Shown: in pieces, positions 36,136 to 47,900 of the stretch | Numbering within the stretch: position 1 is the stretch's first letter | How the letters are laid out: each line of letters starts with the position of its first letter | From: a virus | Lineage: Duplodnaviria > Caudoviricetes | DNA: 53,903 nt | Virus record (IMG/VR): IMGVR_UViG_3300028284_000009 | Coordinates: 1-53,903 of that record | Reading direction: 5' to 3' (one strand) | Position numbers and translations under genes: made by a program | The notes under the pieces: model-generated | What the model was told of the DNA's origin: nothing | What the model saw: the letters and a program-made list of their open reading frames with translations, nothing else | The model's database searches: none

Positions 36136-36138
36136 TAC

Positions 36139-37332
36139 ATGTCACTAATAACAGAAAACAATAAACAGTATTACGCTGGATCTCAAAGCTTCTTAGTCAC
36201 AGATGCTGAAGTTAATTCTTTCACTACAACATTTGATACTAAATTAGTTTTCGGAAGCTATGACCCACTAGAGAGCAATTACGCTTTAAATAACTTCAAA
36301 CTATATACAGCGGTAGCTGGTGTGTTAGACTACACAGAGTATATTGATGAATACACTGTTACTGGTAATACAATTTCAATTGAAGGAGGTTTAGATTTAA
36401 ATACCAGCTTGATAGTTCAATTGAAAACGGAGACAGGAGGTAACTTTGGAAACAGAGACGCTTATGGTGATACCGTTCAAGAAAACTGGGGATCATATGC
36501 TTATACTAAACTTGATGATATTATAAATAACTTTTTAGTAGCTTACGTTGGTGCTGGTAAACTAATACCAAGTGTTAAAAGAACTGACTTAATATTCTTT
36601 GCTAAAAGAGCAATGCAAGAGTTTAGCTATGACACTTTAAAAAGTATTAAATCTCAAGAACTAAACATACCACCAAGCTTAAGCTTACCTATGCCTCAAG
36701 ACTACGTCAACTACGTTAAGATGAGCTGGGTTGATAATTCAGGTATTAAGCATGTTATATATCCTACAACTTTAACTAGCAATCCTTACAGAAACCCCGT
36801 TCAAGATGCTAACGGCATACCAACTCAAGATAATTTTGGAAACAATACACTAGGTACTTCTATTACTGAAGAAAGATGGGATTCAAATGGAATAAATAGA
36901 ATAAACAAAGCTCTTAAAGATGACTTATCACCTATAGTTGACGGGCTTGGCAACGTGCAGACTAGAAGCGGAGCTTATGGACTAGATCCTAAAATAGCTC
37001 AAGTCAACGGATGGTTTACTATAAATGAAAGACAAAATACTTTTTCTTTCTCGAATGACTTAGTTGGTCGTCTAATAATTTTAGAGTACGTTTCTGATGG
37101 TTTAGCATATGATTTAGATACTAAAGTACCTAAAATGGCTGAAGAAGCTATGTATGCTTACATGAGCCACGCTATAATGTCTACAAGATCTGGTCAGCCA
37201 GAATATGTTATCAATAGATTGAGCAGAGAAAAAACAGCAAAACTTAGAAATGCTAAAATAAGATTATCTAACATCAAGCTTGAAGAAATATCTCAAGTAA
37301 TGAGAGGTAAGTCTAAATGGATAAAATCATAA
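36139..37332 (+). CDS. Putative tail ring/tubular protein
   Basis: MPQDYVNYVK, LEYVSDGL, EEAMYAY motifs; position. Confidence 0.6.
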   Translation: MSLITENNKQYYAGSQSFLVTDAEVNSFTTTFDTKLVFGSYDPLESNYALNNFKLYTAVAGVLDYTEYIDEYTVTGNTISIEGGLDLNTSLIVQLKTETGGNFGNRDAYGDTVQENWGSYAYTKLDDIINNFLVAYVGAGKLIPSVKRTDLIFFAKRAMQEFSYDTLKSIKSQELNIPPSLSLPMPQDYVNYVKMSWVDNSGIKHVIYPTTLTSNPYRNPVQDANGIPTQDNFGNNTLGTSITEERWDSNGINRINKALKDDLSPIVDGLGNVQTRSGAYGLDPKIAQVNGWFTINERQNTFSFSNDLVGRLIILEYVSDGLAYDLDTKVPKMAEEAMYAYMSHAIMSTRSGQPEYVINRLSREKTAKLRNAKIRLSNIKLEEISQVMRGKSKWIKS

Positions 37333-37338
37333 AACAAT

Positions 37339-40300
37339 ATGGCTGAGGTTAAGAATGCTTTTATAAAGTCTAAAATGAACAAAGACCTAGATGATAGACT
37401 TATACCATCTGGAGAATACAGAAACGCTTTAAACGCTCAGATTAGTAAATCAGAAGGTTCAGACGTTGGAGCTTTAGAAAATGCTCTAGGTAACTCAATA
37501 AAACAGCAATTTGAATCAGACATAGCTAATACATCCTCCATAGGTTACTTGGTTGATGAAGCTAGGAATGAAATATATGTATTTATAACAGACAATAATG
37601 ATTCTAGTTACGTACCTACTGGAGCTGGATCTAATCATTTTATATATAAATACAATCCCGTAACTAACGTTAAAACAAAACTAGTTGAAGGGGCTTTCTT
37701 AAACTTCTCTAAGTTAAACCCCATTTACGGAGTTAACTTGTTAGAGAATTTGTTATTCTGGACAGATAATAGAAATCAACCTAGAAAAATAAACGTAATA
37801 GACGCTGCTACAACAGGTTACTACACTACGGAAGATCAGTTATCAGTTGCTAAATATAATCCTTACAAAACAATAGAGCTTTTTGAAGCTAGCACGCTTT
37901 CTCCTGGAGACTATGAAAGCACAATGAAAGATGTTGTAACTAAATTCATGCCCAACGGAGGATCATGTATTACTACAGCTGCTACTTCTGGCGGTACTGT
38001 TATTATACCTATAGGTCAAATACAAATACCTTACTACCCGTTAACACCTGTTTTAGGAATGACTGTTAAAAGAGTCGATAGTTCAGGTAACATAGTTCCG
38101 GTGCAATACCAAGGAACAGATATTTTCCCAACAGTTGTATCTTATGATGCCAATGCTAACACAATGGACTTAAGTGAAGTGGCCGATATACCTATCAACA
38201 CCGAGCTAATATTCAATGCTAATCCTTATTATATAAATGGTTACAATGGAGATCCTAGATTTTTAGAAGACAAATTTGTTAGATTTAGCTACAGGTTTAA
38301 GTTCGATGATGGAGAATATTCCCTAATAGCGCCATTTACACAGCCTTGTTTTATACCAAAGCAAGATGGTTACTTTTTGAACGAAACAGTTGAGCTAGGA
38401 GATATGCAACAAGCATACTCGTCTACTATACTTGATTTTATGGAAAATAAAGTCAATAAGATAGATTTAAGAATACCTCTACCCACTGACGCAAATGCTC
38501 TTACAAGCACGTTACATGTAACTGATATAGATATTCTTTACAAAGAATCTGATGGCTTAGCTATTCAAGTGGTTGAGACAATACCTACAAACAGTTCTGA
38601 TTTCTTAGCTATAGTAGGAGACATATATGAATACTCTTATCAGTCACAGAAGCCATACAAAACACTACCAGCTAAAGACACTACAAGAGTTTACGACAAG
38701 ATACCTGTAAAAGCTTTTAGCCAGGAAGTTATAAGCAATAGAGTTGTCTATGGTAATTATCAAGACAAACATACTCCACCCGCTTTCTTGAACTACAATG
38801 TAGCAGCGACTTCTAAGTCTGATTTTTCAAGCACTGGATCAGTGTCTGATACAACTAGTAAAGTAGAATACCCTAACAGCTCTTTAAAAACAAATAGAAC
38901 GTACCAGGTAGGAATTGTATTGGCTGATAAATTTGGTAGACAGTCTACAACTATATTATCAAACTCTACTACTTCGTTATCAGTTGGGCCAGTTGGGTCC
39001 TCAACATTGTTCTCAGGCTCTACATTGTATTCACCTTACGAAGATGGTGATATAGCTCCTGAAAACTGGGTTGGTAACTCTTTAAAAGTAATATTCAATT
39101 CTACTATAAACGGTGTCGATGGACCAGGCTTATACAACAACGACGTTAACAGCTTGTCATATAATCCTTTAGGATGGTATTCGTATAAAGTAGTGGTTAA
39201 ACAAACAGAGCAAGAATATTATAACATATATACAGCTGGTTCAATGCTAGGGTTGCCTTACGATTACTCTGGTGGATCTGCTGTAGTAGATAAAAACACT
39301 TCTTTTGTTTCTTTGTTAAATGACAACATTAATAAGATACCTAGAGATCTTTCAGAGGTAGGACCTCAAGATAAATCTTTTAGAAGTTCAGTGGAGCTTT
39401 ACGGTAGAGTTGAAAACGCGCAAACTAGCGTAGTAGGAAATGTCAATACGTCTAGCCAACAATTTTACCCAGGAAGAACTTCTTTTACAACATCTTCCAT
39501 AGAAGATCTTTTTAACATGTTTGACGTAGCGGAGTATAAACAAAGTGGTAACACTGTGCCAATAACTGACTTAACAAACCCATTTAGTTCTTTCTACAAG
39601 TCTGACTCAGATCCTTTTATAGCTAGAATAACAACTTCTCAAGCTTCAGTGGAGCAATTTGGTGTTGCAAATACATTAGATCAAGGTGATTATATACCTA
39701 TTGCTAGTTTAGCTGTATTTGAAACAAAACCAGTAGAATCAAGATTAGATATATTCTGGGAAACATCCACCACTGGTTTGATATCAGAGCTAAACACAGC
39801 TATACTTACTCAAGACAATGGAGCTGCTTTTATAAGTGATTTCAATCTAACACCATTTAACGAAGCTATAAGCACTGCTGGAAGTTATATACTGCAAAGC
39901 GATTTTACTATAGCTGACGTACTAGGCACTAACATACCTGCTGGCGATTTTGATCAAGACATTACTATGACAGTAAAAGACAACCAGTCAACTCCTCAAT
40001 TCGTTCCTAACTTATTTACTTTGGTAAAAGTAGATGCTAATCTACAAAACTACAATATAGCTGTAACTCAAGATTTCATAGATAGTGTGTACTTTGGCGA
40101 CAACGCAGGTTTAAGAAACTTTACGTTTTTCTTCGATGTGTACGTTAATGGAAATGACGTTGAGGTATTTGAAAAACAAGCTAATCTAACTAACGTAGTA
40201 CCTATTATAACTTCAAACGGCGGTATAGATATAGATATGGATAGAGGTACAAATATAACCTCCATATATAACTTATCCGCTAAGAACGGAGCTTTTGGAA

Positions 40301-40860
40301 GCGCTACTATATTAAAAAATAAAAATGGACTTGACTGGGATATAATGTCTGGTAATGATGACGGGTATTTTTCTTTAGGTAATTCTAACACAGATACATG
40401 TACACTATACAATGATTATCCTTCGACTATACCAGCTACTAATTATCCATTACAGATAAGAGTAACTGACGCTGGAGGATCTACAGATACTATTGGCTTT
40501 GACATTAACTTCTTAGCTAATGTAACTTCAGTAGTAGAATGGAGAGCTACAACAAACGACGGAGGTTCTGACCCAATTGATTACTACTATACTATAATAG
40601 GAGTTTCCGGTTGGACAGAGGGAACAAGAAACGGTTGGTATATATACGCTAACACATGGGACAGTTTTGGTGGCAGTACTAAACAGATAAATTACACTGG
40701 AGCAAACAAAGGAGGTACTGGTTGTGCTGGTAGTTGGTACTACGATAGTGACGCTACGGCAGTTACTAATCACTGGAAAAGCTGCGTGCTAGGCTCTTCT
40801 CAAGCAAGCTACTCTGGAACAACTATAGATATAACGAACGTAGACTTTACTATAATATAG
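37339..40860 (+). CDS. Tail muzzle/stabilisation (P22 gp10-like) protein, N-terminal part, with C-terminal Ig/cadherin-like extension
   Basis: MNKDLDDRLIP.GEYRNALN, LLFWTDNRNQPRKIN, VRFSYRFKFDDGEYS. Confidence 0.7.
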   Translation: MAEVKNAFIKSKMNKDLDDRLIPSGEYRNALNAQISKSEGSDVGALENALGNSIKQQFESDIANTSSIGYLVDEARNEIYVFITDNNDSSYVPTGAGSNHFIYKYNPVTNVKTKLVEGAFLNFSKLNPIYGVNLLENLLFWTDNRNQPRKINVIDAATTGYYTTEDQLSVAKYNPYKTIELFEASTLSPGDYESTMKDVVTKFMPNGGSCITTAATSGGTVIIPIGQIQIPYYPLTPVLGMTVKRVDSSGNIVPVQYQGTDIFPTVVSYDANANTMDLSEVADIPINTELIFNANPYYINGYNGDPRFLEDKFVRFSYRFKFDDGEYSLIAPFTQPCFIPKQDGYFLNETVELGDMQQAYSSTILDFMENKVNKIDLRIPLPTDANALTSTLHVTDIDILYKESDGLAIQVVETIPTNSSDFLAIVGDIYEYSYQSQKPYKTLPAKDTTRVYDKIPVKAFSQEVISNRVVYGNYQDKHTPPAFLNYNVAATSKSDFSSTGSVSDTTSKVEYPNSSLKTNRTYQVGIVLADKFGRQSTTILSNSTTSLSVGPVGSSTLFSGSTLYSPYEDGDIAPENWVGNSLKVIFNSTINGVDGPGLYNNDVNSLSYNPLGWYSYKVVVKQTEQEYYNIYTAGSMLGLPYDYSGGSAVVDKNTSFVSLLNDNINKIPRDLSEVGPQDKSFRSSVELYGRVENAQTSVVGNVNTSSQQFYPGRTSFTTSSIEDLFNMFDVAEYKQSGNTVPITDLTNPFSSFYKSDSDPFIARITTSQASVEQFGVANTLDQGDYIPIASLAVFETKPVESRLDIFWETSTTGLISELNTAILTQDNGAAFISDFNLTPFNEAISTAGSYILQSDFTIADVLGTNIPAGDFDQDITMTVKDNQSTPQFVPNLFTLVKVDANLQNYNIAVTQDFIDSVYFGDNAGLRNFTFFFDVYVNGNDVEVFEKQANLTNVVPIITSNGGIDIDMDRGTNITSIYNLSAKNGAFGSATILKNKNGLDWDIMSGNDDGYFSLGNSNTDTCTLYNDYPSTIPATNYPLQIRVTDAGGSTDTIGFDINFLANVTSVVEWRATTNDGGSDPIDYYYTIIGVSGWTEGTRNGWYIYANTWDSFGGSTKQINYTGANKGGTGCAGSWYYDSDATAVTNHWKSCVLGSSQASYSGTTIDITNVDFTII

Positions 40861-41297
40861 TGTATTTAAATAAAAAAGAAATCGCTGGCTTTATTGCTAA
40901 ATTACTAAAGTTGGACTGGTCAGGTTTTAAGCTCTACTTAGTTGGTGGATGCTTAGAGGAGTGGGAAACTAAAGACATAGATATATGTATTGTTGGGAAG
41001 ATAAACGAAGAACTGTTGTTTAACAACTGCCAATCAGCTAGGAAGCTAGGACCATTTGACCTATATTATATAGGCGAAGAAGAGCCGTATAGTGGATCGG
41101 AGTTAACTAAACCTATAACTATTAGAGCCGCTAAGTCTTACGACAGGTGGGATAAAAACGCTCACCCTTGGCCTGGAGAATGGATAGGTAAACTATATTG
41201 GAGAACTTTAACATTTCCATATGAAAAGCATAAAAACAGAACTCACACGTATATACCTAGGTTGATACTTGATGATTGTAATAAAAAAATAAAATAA
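40860..41297 (+). CDS. Minimal nucleotidyltransferase (Pol-beta superfamily)-like protein
   Basis: LYLVGGCL...KDIDICI and later FDLY (hhGG, DxD, third D); GTG start overlaps the upstream TAG. Confidence 0.65.
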   Translation: MYLNKKEIAGFIAKLLKLDWSGFKLYLVGGCLEEWETKDIDICIVGKINEELLFNNCQSARKLGPFDLYYIGEEEPYSGSELTKPITIRAAKSYDRWDKNAHPWPGEWIGKLYWRTLTFPYEKHKNRTHTYIPRLILDDCNKKIK

Positions 41298-41308
41298 GTG
41301 ATAATTAT

Positions 41309-42709
41309 ATGGGGGCGATAATAGAAGTAAAGTATTTCAATAGCTTTGTATTAAAGAAGGTAAATACAAGCATTCCAGTAGATGTTCCACTATGGAACGG
41401 GTCACTAGGCGTACCCTCTGACATAGGAGGTTATCCAGTTAATACAACTAGTATCGGATCTTCTAACTGGGCTATAGAAGAAGCAAGGATAAGAGGTGGA
41501 TATAATAATACTAATGTTGATTATGGTGTTAGAGCTTATTTAGTAGAAGAAGAACCTAACGCATCTACAAGAAGTAATTCTCTTATATATTCTGGTATAT
41601 TTAACAGTAGAACAGGTATAAACGATACAAACGTATTCTCAGTAGCTGAATCTATAACTAAATCAGCAGACCCTGCTAATGGTAGTATACAGAAACTATA
41701 TGCAGAAGATACTAACTTAATAATATTTCAAGAAGCTAAAGTATCTAGAGCTTTAATTGATAAAGACGCTATATATACCGCAGAAGGAAGTAGTAGTATA
41801 TCCAATGTTAATACAACAATAGGTACAATACAGCCTTATGGTGGAAACTTTGGTATAAGTAGAGACCCTGGTAGTTTTGCTGTTTATGGGTATAGAAAAT
41901 ACTTTACTGACAAAGACAGAAACGCAGTGCTTAGATTATCTATGGATGGTTTAACTGAGATATCAAACTATGGTATGTATGATTACTTTAGAGATGAGTT
42001 TAACAATATTGACTCAGGAACACTCAAAGGAACTCTACTTGGTGGATGGGATATACACAATAAGCAATATGTATTATCGTCACAAACAAATTTAATAAAT
42101 CCAGTGCCTACGTATAACACTTTATCATTTGATGAGTCTGTACGGGGTTGGACTAGTTTCTTCTCGTATAAGCCAGATCATGTGTTTAGTTTAAGAAACA
42201 ACTTATATACCATGAAGGATGGTGACTTATGGCTTCACTACGACAACAGTGTAAATAGAGGTAGCTTTTACGGTGTTACCACGCCCGCTTCTGTTACTTT
42301 TGTTTTTAATCCTAACGTTGGTATGTCCAAGGTGTTTAAAACTATTAGCTACGAAGGTAGCAATGGGTGGCAAGTCAACTCTTTCACTTCTGACGCTACA
42401 GGTTACGATTCTTTTGCGCCGCACTTGTTTAGTGATTCAACTAGATTAGTGTATAGTTATGACGGTGGTAAGTATACAGAAGGTGGTGTAATAAAAAGAG
42501 CTGGGTTTGATAGAAAAGAGAATAAATACCATGCAAGCTTAATAAACAACACTAGCGCAAGAGAAGCAGAGGTTGTATGGGGAAACAGCGTGTCAGGTAT
42601 AAAAGGCTTTTACTGCACAGTTAAAGTTTCTACTGATAACACTACTAATGTGGGTGGAGCAAAAGAGTTGTTTGCTGTGTCTTCAAACTACTCAGAATCA
42701 TCTTATTAA
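41309..42709 (+). CDS. Tail muzzle/stabilisation protein, C-terminal part
   Basis: GSIQKL, FGIS.DP.SFA, YFTD, GWTSFFSY.P, KVFKTISYEG. Confidence 0.7.
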   Translation: MGAIIEVKYFNSFVLKKVNTSIPVDVPLWNGSLGVPSDIGGYPVNTTSIGSSNWAIEEARIRGGYNNTNVDYGVRAYLVEEEPNASTRSNSLIYSGIFNSRTGINDTNVFSVAESITKSADPANGSIQKLYAEDTNLIIFQEAKVSRALIDKDAIYTAEGSSSISNVNTTIGTIQPYGGNFGISRDPGSFAVYGYRKYFTDKDRNAVLRLSMDGLTEISNYGMYDYFRDEFNNIDSGTLKGTLLGGWDIHNKQYVLSSQTNLINPVPTYNTLSFDESVRGWTSFFSYKPDHVFSLRNNLYTMKDGDLWLHYDNSVNRGSFYGVTTPASVTFVFNPNVGMSKVFKTISYEGSNGWQVNSFTSDATGYDSFAPHLFSDSTRLVYSYDGGKYTEGGVIKRAGFDRKENKYHASLINNTSAREAEVVWGNSVSGIKGFYCTVKVSTDNTTNVGGAKELFAVSSNYSESSY

Positions 42710-42745
42710 AAATATAGAAAATATGAACATAAAAAATAACGAACT

Positions 42746-43429
42746 ATGTCAGCAGCATTAATAGGGGCAGGAGTGCAAATAATAGGAGGCTTAATTGGTA
42801 TGGGCTCTGCTAGGCGTAAAGCTAAAGCAGCAGCAGCTAAGCAAAGAGCTTTACAAGCTAAACTAACTTCACTTGAAAACAGTAGACAAGAAATAAAAAA
42901 TCCTTATGAAAACTCTGAGGACCTTAGCTCTAGCATGTCGAATCCATACGCACAATTAGGAGTTGCTACGCAGGCAGCAGAGATGCAAGCTGAAGAAGCT
43001 GACATATCACTAGCTAATACGCTAGACACGATTAGAGCTACAGGCGCGAGCGCTGGTGGTGCAACAGCCTTAGCTCAAGCAGCTTTACAGTCAAAGAAAG
43101 GTGTTTCAGCTAATATAGAGCAACAAGAAGCAGCTAACGAAAAACTAAAAGCTCAAGGTGAGCAAAACCTACAACAGAGACAGACAGCTGAAAAGCAAAG
43201 AATGCAAAGTGTTGATGCGCAAGGTAATATATTTCAGTTTAACGCTACGGAAACAAGAGAGGTTGCTCAAATGGATAGGGTTGCTACACAGATGGATAAC
43301 GCTGCCGCTCAAGAAATGCAAGCGAACGCAGATGCAAATGGAGCCTTTACGGGCATGATGGGTGCAGTGGGTGGTATAGCTAACGCTTATGTAACCGCAA
43401 ACCCCGATAAAGAAAAAGAAAACGAATAA
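42746..43429 (+). CDS. Putative ejection (pilot) protein
   Basis: Gly/Ala hydrophobic N-terminus plus A/Q-rich coiled coils. Confidence 0.65.
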   Translation: MSAALIGAGVQIIGGLIGMGSARRKAKAAAAKQRALQAKLTSLENSRQEIKNPYENSEDLSSSMSNPYAQLGVATQAAEMQAEEADISLANTLDTIRATGASAGGATALAQAALQSKKGVSANIEQQEAANEKLKAQGEQNLQQRQTAEKQRMQSVDAQGNIFQFNATETREVAQMDRVATQMDNAAAQEMQANADANGAFTGMMGAVGGIANAYVTANPDKEKENE

Positions 43430-43431
43430 TA

Positions 43432-44916
43432 ATGAGCTATAGAAACCCAGCGAGAATAGTAGATACGCAATCAGGACAACACTTTAGAGACATGCAGAAG
43501 TCCTTAGCCCAAGGAACCATTAACAGCATTAACTCTGAAGCTGAAAGAAAAAGAAAAGAAGCAGAAAAAGCAGAAAAAGAACAATCTTTAGTTATACGAA
43601 AAATCGAAAAGCAAGATCAAGATGCTCGTGACGCTGCTATACAGTCTAGCGTACAGTCAGGTACAGGTACCGTGTGGAATCTTGAGCCTCTTTTACAAGC
43701 TAATGCATATGCCGCGGGTTTAAAACCGGGTCAACGAACTGAGGACGATAAAAAGGTTTTAACTAATGCAAGAAACCTTAAACCCGTACTGATGGAAGCA
43801 ATGTCAAACGTAGCCAGTTACGAAGAAACTTATAGATCAACCATAGCTAAAGTAAAAGGTGAAGAGGGTGGTTTAAATAGATGGAGCAAGACGAACGCTA
43901 ACAAAATAAAAGGTCTTAGTATATTCTATGATGGTAGAAACGGTAGAAGTGAAGGTACCATTGACCCTTATACAGGTGTTGTAAGTATGAAAGCCTACTG
44001 GAAAGGCGAAGAAGGTGAAACCTTGGCGACTGAAATTTCATCTAAAGGTGTTGATATTGAACTAGACACTGTGCCCGAAACGAAGCAGGCTAGGGTAGAT
44101 ATGACTGCGAATCTATTGAAAATGATGAAGCTAGAGAAAGGTAATAGCGATGTTTTTATAGGGTCTAAAGCTACGAGCGTTAAACAGGAAGGAACTAATG
44201 CTACAATATGGTCTAGACAGCCAACAAGAGAGGCTGTTGAAAAAGCCTTGTACCCTGATGCTTTAGCTACCGTAATGGGAATGTCAGCTGCTGAAGGCAT
44301 TGTTTGGAATAACAATAGAAAAGGCATGGGCCCAAAAGTAGACGGGTTTATCACCTCTTCATACACTGACGAAGAGAAGTATGTAAAGAACGCTGAAGGC
44401 GAAATGGTGCCAAGAGAAGAAATAGTTGCTATAGCCAAAGCTCTCGCTAAAAACGCTGTCGACACTGAAGGTCAAACACTTTTAGCTAACATCGAATACG
44501 CTGGGGTTGGTGCACCTAAAGACACTAAACCAAATCAAACGGAAATAAATTACGCTAGAAGGAAGCAGGATTACGAAGATGGTGTTGCTGTGATAGATGC
44601 TTACGAAGACGACTTATCGTTTAATAGATACAGCACTAATGACTCTTTTAACGATATAAAGGAATTTGCTGGACAAGCATCAATAGGGCTTGCAGACGCG
44701 TTTAAACCTCAAACAGCTGAAGATGACGACACGAAAATCATAGGATTCACTGTTAAGTTTTTAGACGGAAAAGGATCTGCTGCGGTAAAACCAGGTATGT
44801 CAGACAAGCAAGTTAGAAAAGTAATTAAAAGAGCTATGCTCGGTGGGCAATCATTCTATAAAGAAAAACCTATCAAGAAAAACACGGCTGCTCAATTTAA
44901 CCAATCACAAGAATAA
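43432..44916 (+). CDS. Putative ejection/internal virion protein
   Basis: 494 aa, second of three cargo-position genes. Confidence 0.55.
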   Translation: MSYRNPARIVDTQSGQHFRDMQKSLAQGTINSINSEAERKRKEAEKAEKEQSLVIRKIEKQDQDARDAAIQSSVQSGTGTVWNLEPLLQANAYAAGLKPGQRTEDDKKVLTNARNLKPVLMEAMSNVASYEETYRSTIAKVKGEEGGLNRWSKTNANKIKGLSIFYDGRNGRSEGTIDPYTGVVSMKAYWKGEEGETLATEISSKGVDIELDTVPETKQARVDMTANLLKMMKLEKGNSDVFIGSKATSVKQEGTNATIWSRQPTREAVEKALYPDALATVMGMSAAEGIVWNNNRKGMGPKVDGFITSSYTDEEKYVKNAEGEMVPREEIVAIAKALAKNAVDTEGQTLLANIEYAGVGAPKDTKPNQTEINYARRKQDYEDGVAVIDAYEDDLSFNRYSTNDSFNDIKEFAGQASIGLADAFKPQTAEDDDTKIIGFTVKFLDGKGSAAVKPGMSDKQVRKVIKRAMLGGQSFYKEKPIKKNTAAQFNQSQE

Positions 44917-44933
44917 CAATCAAAAAATAAAGC

Positions 44934-47900
44934 ATGAACGAAGAAGCATTACTATATTCATTTGAATTATTTTCTAAAGATGGTTACAAAGGAAGCATAG
45001 AAGACTACAAAGAGTTAATAAAAACGAATAAAGAAGCGTTAGACTACTCTTACAGTCTTTTCTCTAAGGATGGATATGAAGGTAGCGAGGAGAGTTTTCA
45101 AAATTTAATTACTGCTGAACCAGCAAAGACAAAAGATGCTGTAAAGGTAACTGCGGATGCAGCATCGGAAAATCAAGCAGAAGACACGGGTTTAGAATCG
45201 GAAGCTGGTTTATTGGATTCGTCAAGCGATAAATTTAAAGAGTTTCTATTAAAACAAGGTGTTGAGCCTCAGCAAGATATTACTGATGATGAGTTTGAAA
45301 GCTTTTTAGATGCTGCTGACGGTATATCACCAGGAGCTAAACTAGATCTTAAGACAGCTGGTTACAAGGTAAAAATAAAGGATGAAACTAAATCTATATT
45401 AAAAAGTAAATCATCGCAGCTGCCTAAAACGGATCTCGGCGCTATTGATTTTGATAACAAAAAAGCTATTGAAAAATTTAGAAAAGACGCTTTTTTAGAT
45501 TTTACCTCTAAAAATAGCACTATCCAGAACAAGATCATACCTAATATAAAGAAAGACATAAAACCTGCTGTTGACGAATACGTTAAACAAGCCATGGCTA
45601 AGTACGATCTAAACGATCCAAGCAGCATGACTCAGGACAACATTGACGCTTTTAATAAAGATGTTAATTCTTTTTATAGCAACTTGATGAATACTAAGTT
45701 GTCTAACAATATTGATTTTAAAGCATTGACTTCAGCTTTTGATGAATCTGTAGATGACCAAACGGCTAGTTCTTTACAAGGTTTTATTCGATCAAAAGAC
45801 ATGCCTACATTGTATAAGATGGGGCAGAAAGCTAAAGAATTTGGTTACGGCACGCCTACAGCTGTAAAGTCTATAGTGAAAGCAGTTACCAGTATTAGAG
45901 GTATCAATGAAAGTACTAAAGAATGGACTAATAACGCTAATTACAAACAAGTCATAGACAAAGCTGTTGACTTTGAAAAAAACGAAGCTAGAGCCAAAGA
46001 GGAAGGTTGGAGCGAGCAAACTGAAGGTTACTTTATAGAAGACAAAAACAATAAAAAAGGATCTTACAGATTTGTACCTAGGTTCAGAGGGCGCTTGAGT
46101 TCTAAAGACGGGGTTTCTTATAGAGATGAAAATGATTTAGTAGAGCAAAACAAACCCGCCAACTCTGAGCTTGTGACTTGGGGTAATTTTAAGCTCATCT
46201 TCAAGCAATATGAAAAAGAACAAGATGAAAAAGCGTTAAAAGCTTTTGCTGATATACAAGAAGAGCAATTTATACTTTCCAATTACGACAGTAGTGAGTT
46301 AGATGAGATATTCAAAGGTAATGACATTGTTGCAAACTCTATAACGTTAGCAGCAGAGCAGCTTCCTCAAATGGCTTTAGCTGTCATTACGTTAGGTGCG
46401 TCTGGAGCTTTACAGATGGGTGGTGAGATATACACACAGGGAATAGATGTTGAGGCTAGAAAAAGATTCAATCTATCTGATCAAGACAGAGTAACTTTAG
46501 ATATGAAAAAAGAAATATTTAAAGATAAAAAGTTTATGAACTCTTTAGAGGCTAAAAGTGTAGCTGGAGGATTCGTAGCTGGTCAAATGGAAAGATTTGG
46601 TGCTGGTAAAACATTGAAACCTTTTCTTGCAGGAGCAAATAAGTCACTATTGAGAAGTGGTTATAAAAACTTTTTAAAGGAAGTAACAAACAGAGTAGTT
46701 GCTAATACTCAGAACTCCAGCATGGAAGCCATAACAGAAACAGGCCAAGAATTAATAACAGCGGCTGCTTCTGGAGGAGACCTAGATGCTAATCAGCTAT
46801 TTGATTCTGGTGCTACTGGTTTTATATCTTCTTTCGCTACCGGATTAGGAGGTAACATAAAGAGTCAATCTGTAGCTGAAGCAAAAGCTTTTAGCAGAAT
46901 CATAGCAGGTAAACTAAACTCTAATAGCTCTGAAGCTATACTTAACTTTAAAATAAAAGAAATAGAAAATCTAGCTAGTAACGAAACTGACGCTAATGTC
47001 AAAAAGGATTTATTAGAAAAAAGAGACGTTATTTTAGATGTTAGAAACGTAGGTTTAACCATACCTAAAGATTTTAATAGTAATTCTAAAAGCAAAGCTA
47101 TAGACCTTATAGTTAAGAAAAAGCAAATAGAAAAAGACATAGAAGGTAAAGACCCTGAGTTAGTTACAAAACAGAAAGAAGAAATAAAAAAGATTAATAG
47201 CCAACTACAGGCTGTAGCTGAGAACAACGTATTTGAAAAGACATTAGAAAATGTAGAAAAGCTATCTGGTAAAGTAAAAAGAGTAAACGTTAAGTCGTTA
47301 GATAACGCAAAAGCCGTAGATAACTTTATAAAAGAAAACAATTTAGAAATAGATAAAAAAGCTTCTGAGCAACAAGGTTTTATATATCAAAACAAGGAAA
47401 CGGGTGAGCAAACTATAATAATAAACAAAGAAGTAGCTCTAAAAGATAAAGCTGTAAATGTAGCTGCTCATGAGTTTTTACATGCTCTGCTTTTTCAAAC
47501 AGTTAAAAACAGCCCGGATACACAAGTAGCTCTAGGTGATTCTTTAAAAAGCTATTTAAACGAGGTAGATGCTAGTCAAATAAAAGACAGTCAATTTGCT
47601 AAGAGACTAGATCAATATAAAAAAGACCCAAAAAACATAGCTGCCGAAGAGGTTATAACTTTGTTTTCTGATGCTTTAGCTACTGGAGATATTAAGTTTA
47701 ACGAAAGTGTTTTTACCAAAATAGGAGATGTAGTTCGTAGAGCTTTGCAGTCTGTTGGTGTTAACATTAAGTTTAACTCTGGTAAAGACGTTTATAATTT
47801 CGTAAAAGATTACAATAAAAGTATATCTAAAGGAAAACTAACTAAAGCGCAGATAAAAGCCTCTAAAGGCGTTGAAGGTAATTTAGTAGCTAAAGAAGTG

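Noticed and set aside
40860-41297. Intron or intein interrupting the muzzle gene
   Set aside because: Both flanking genes have their own start/stop, there is no room for ribozyme structure, and no homing endonuclease motif is present
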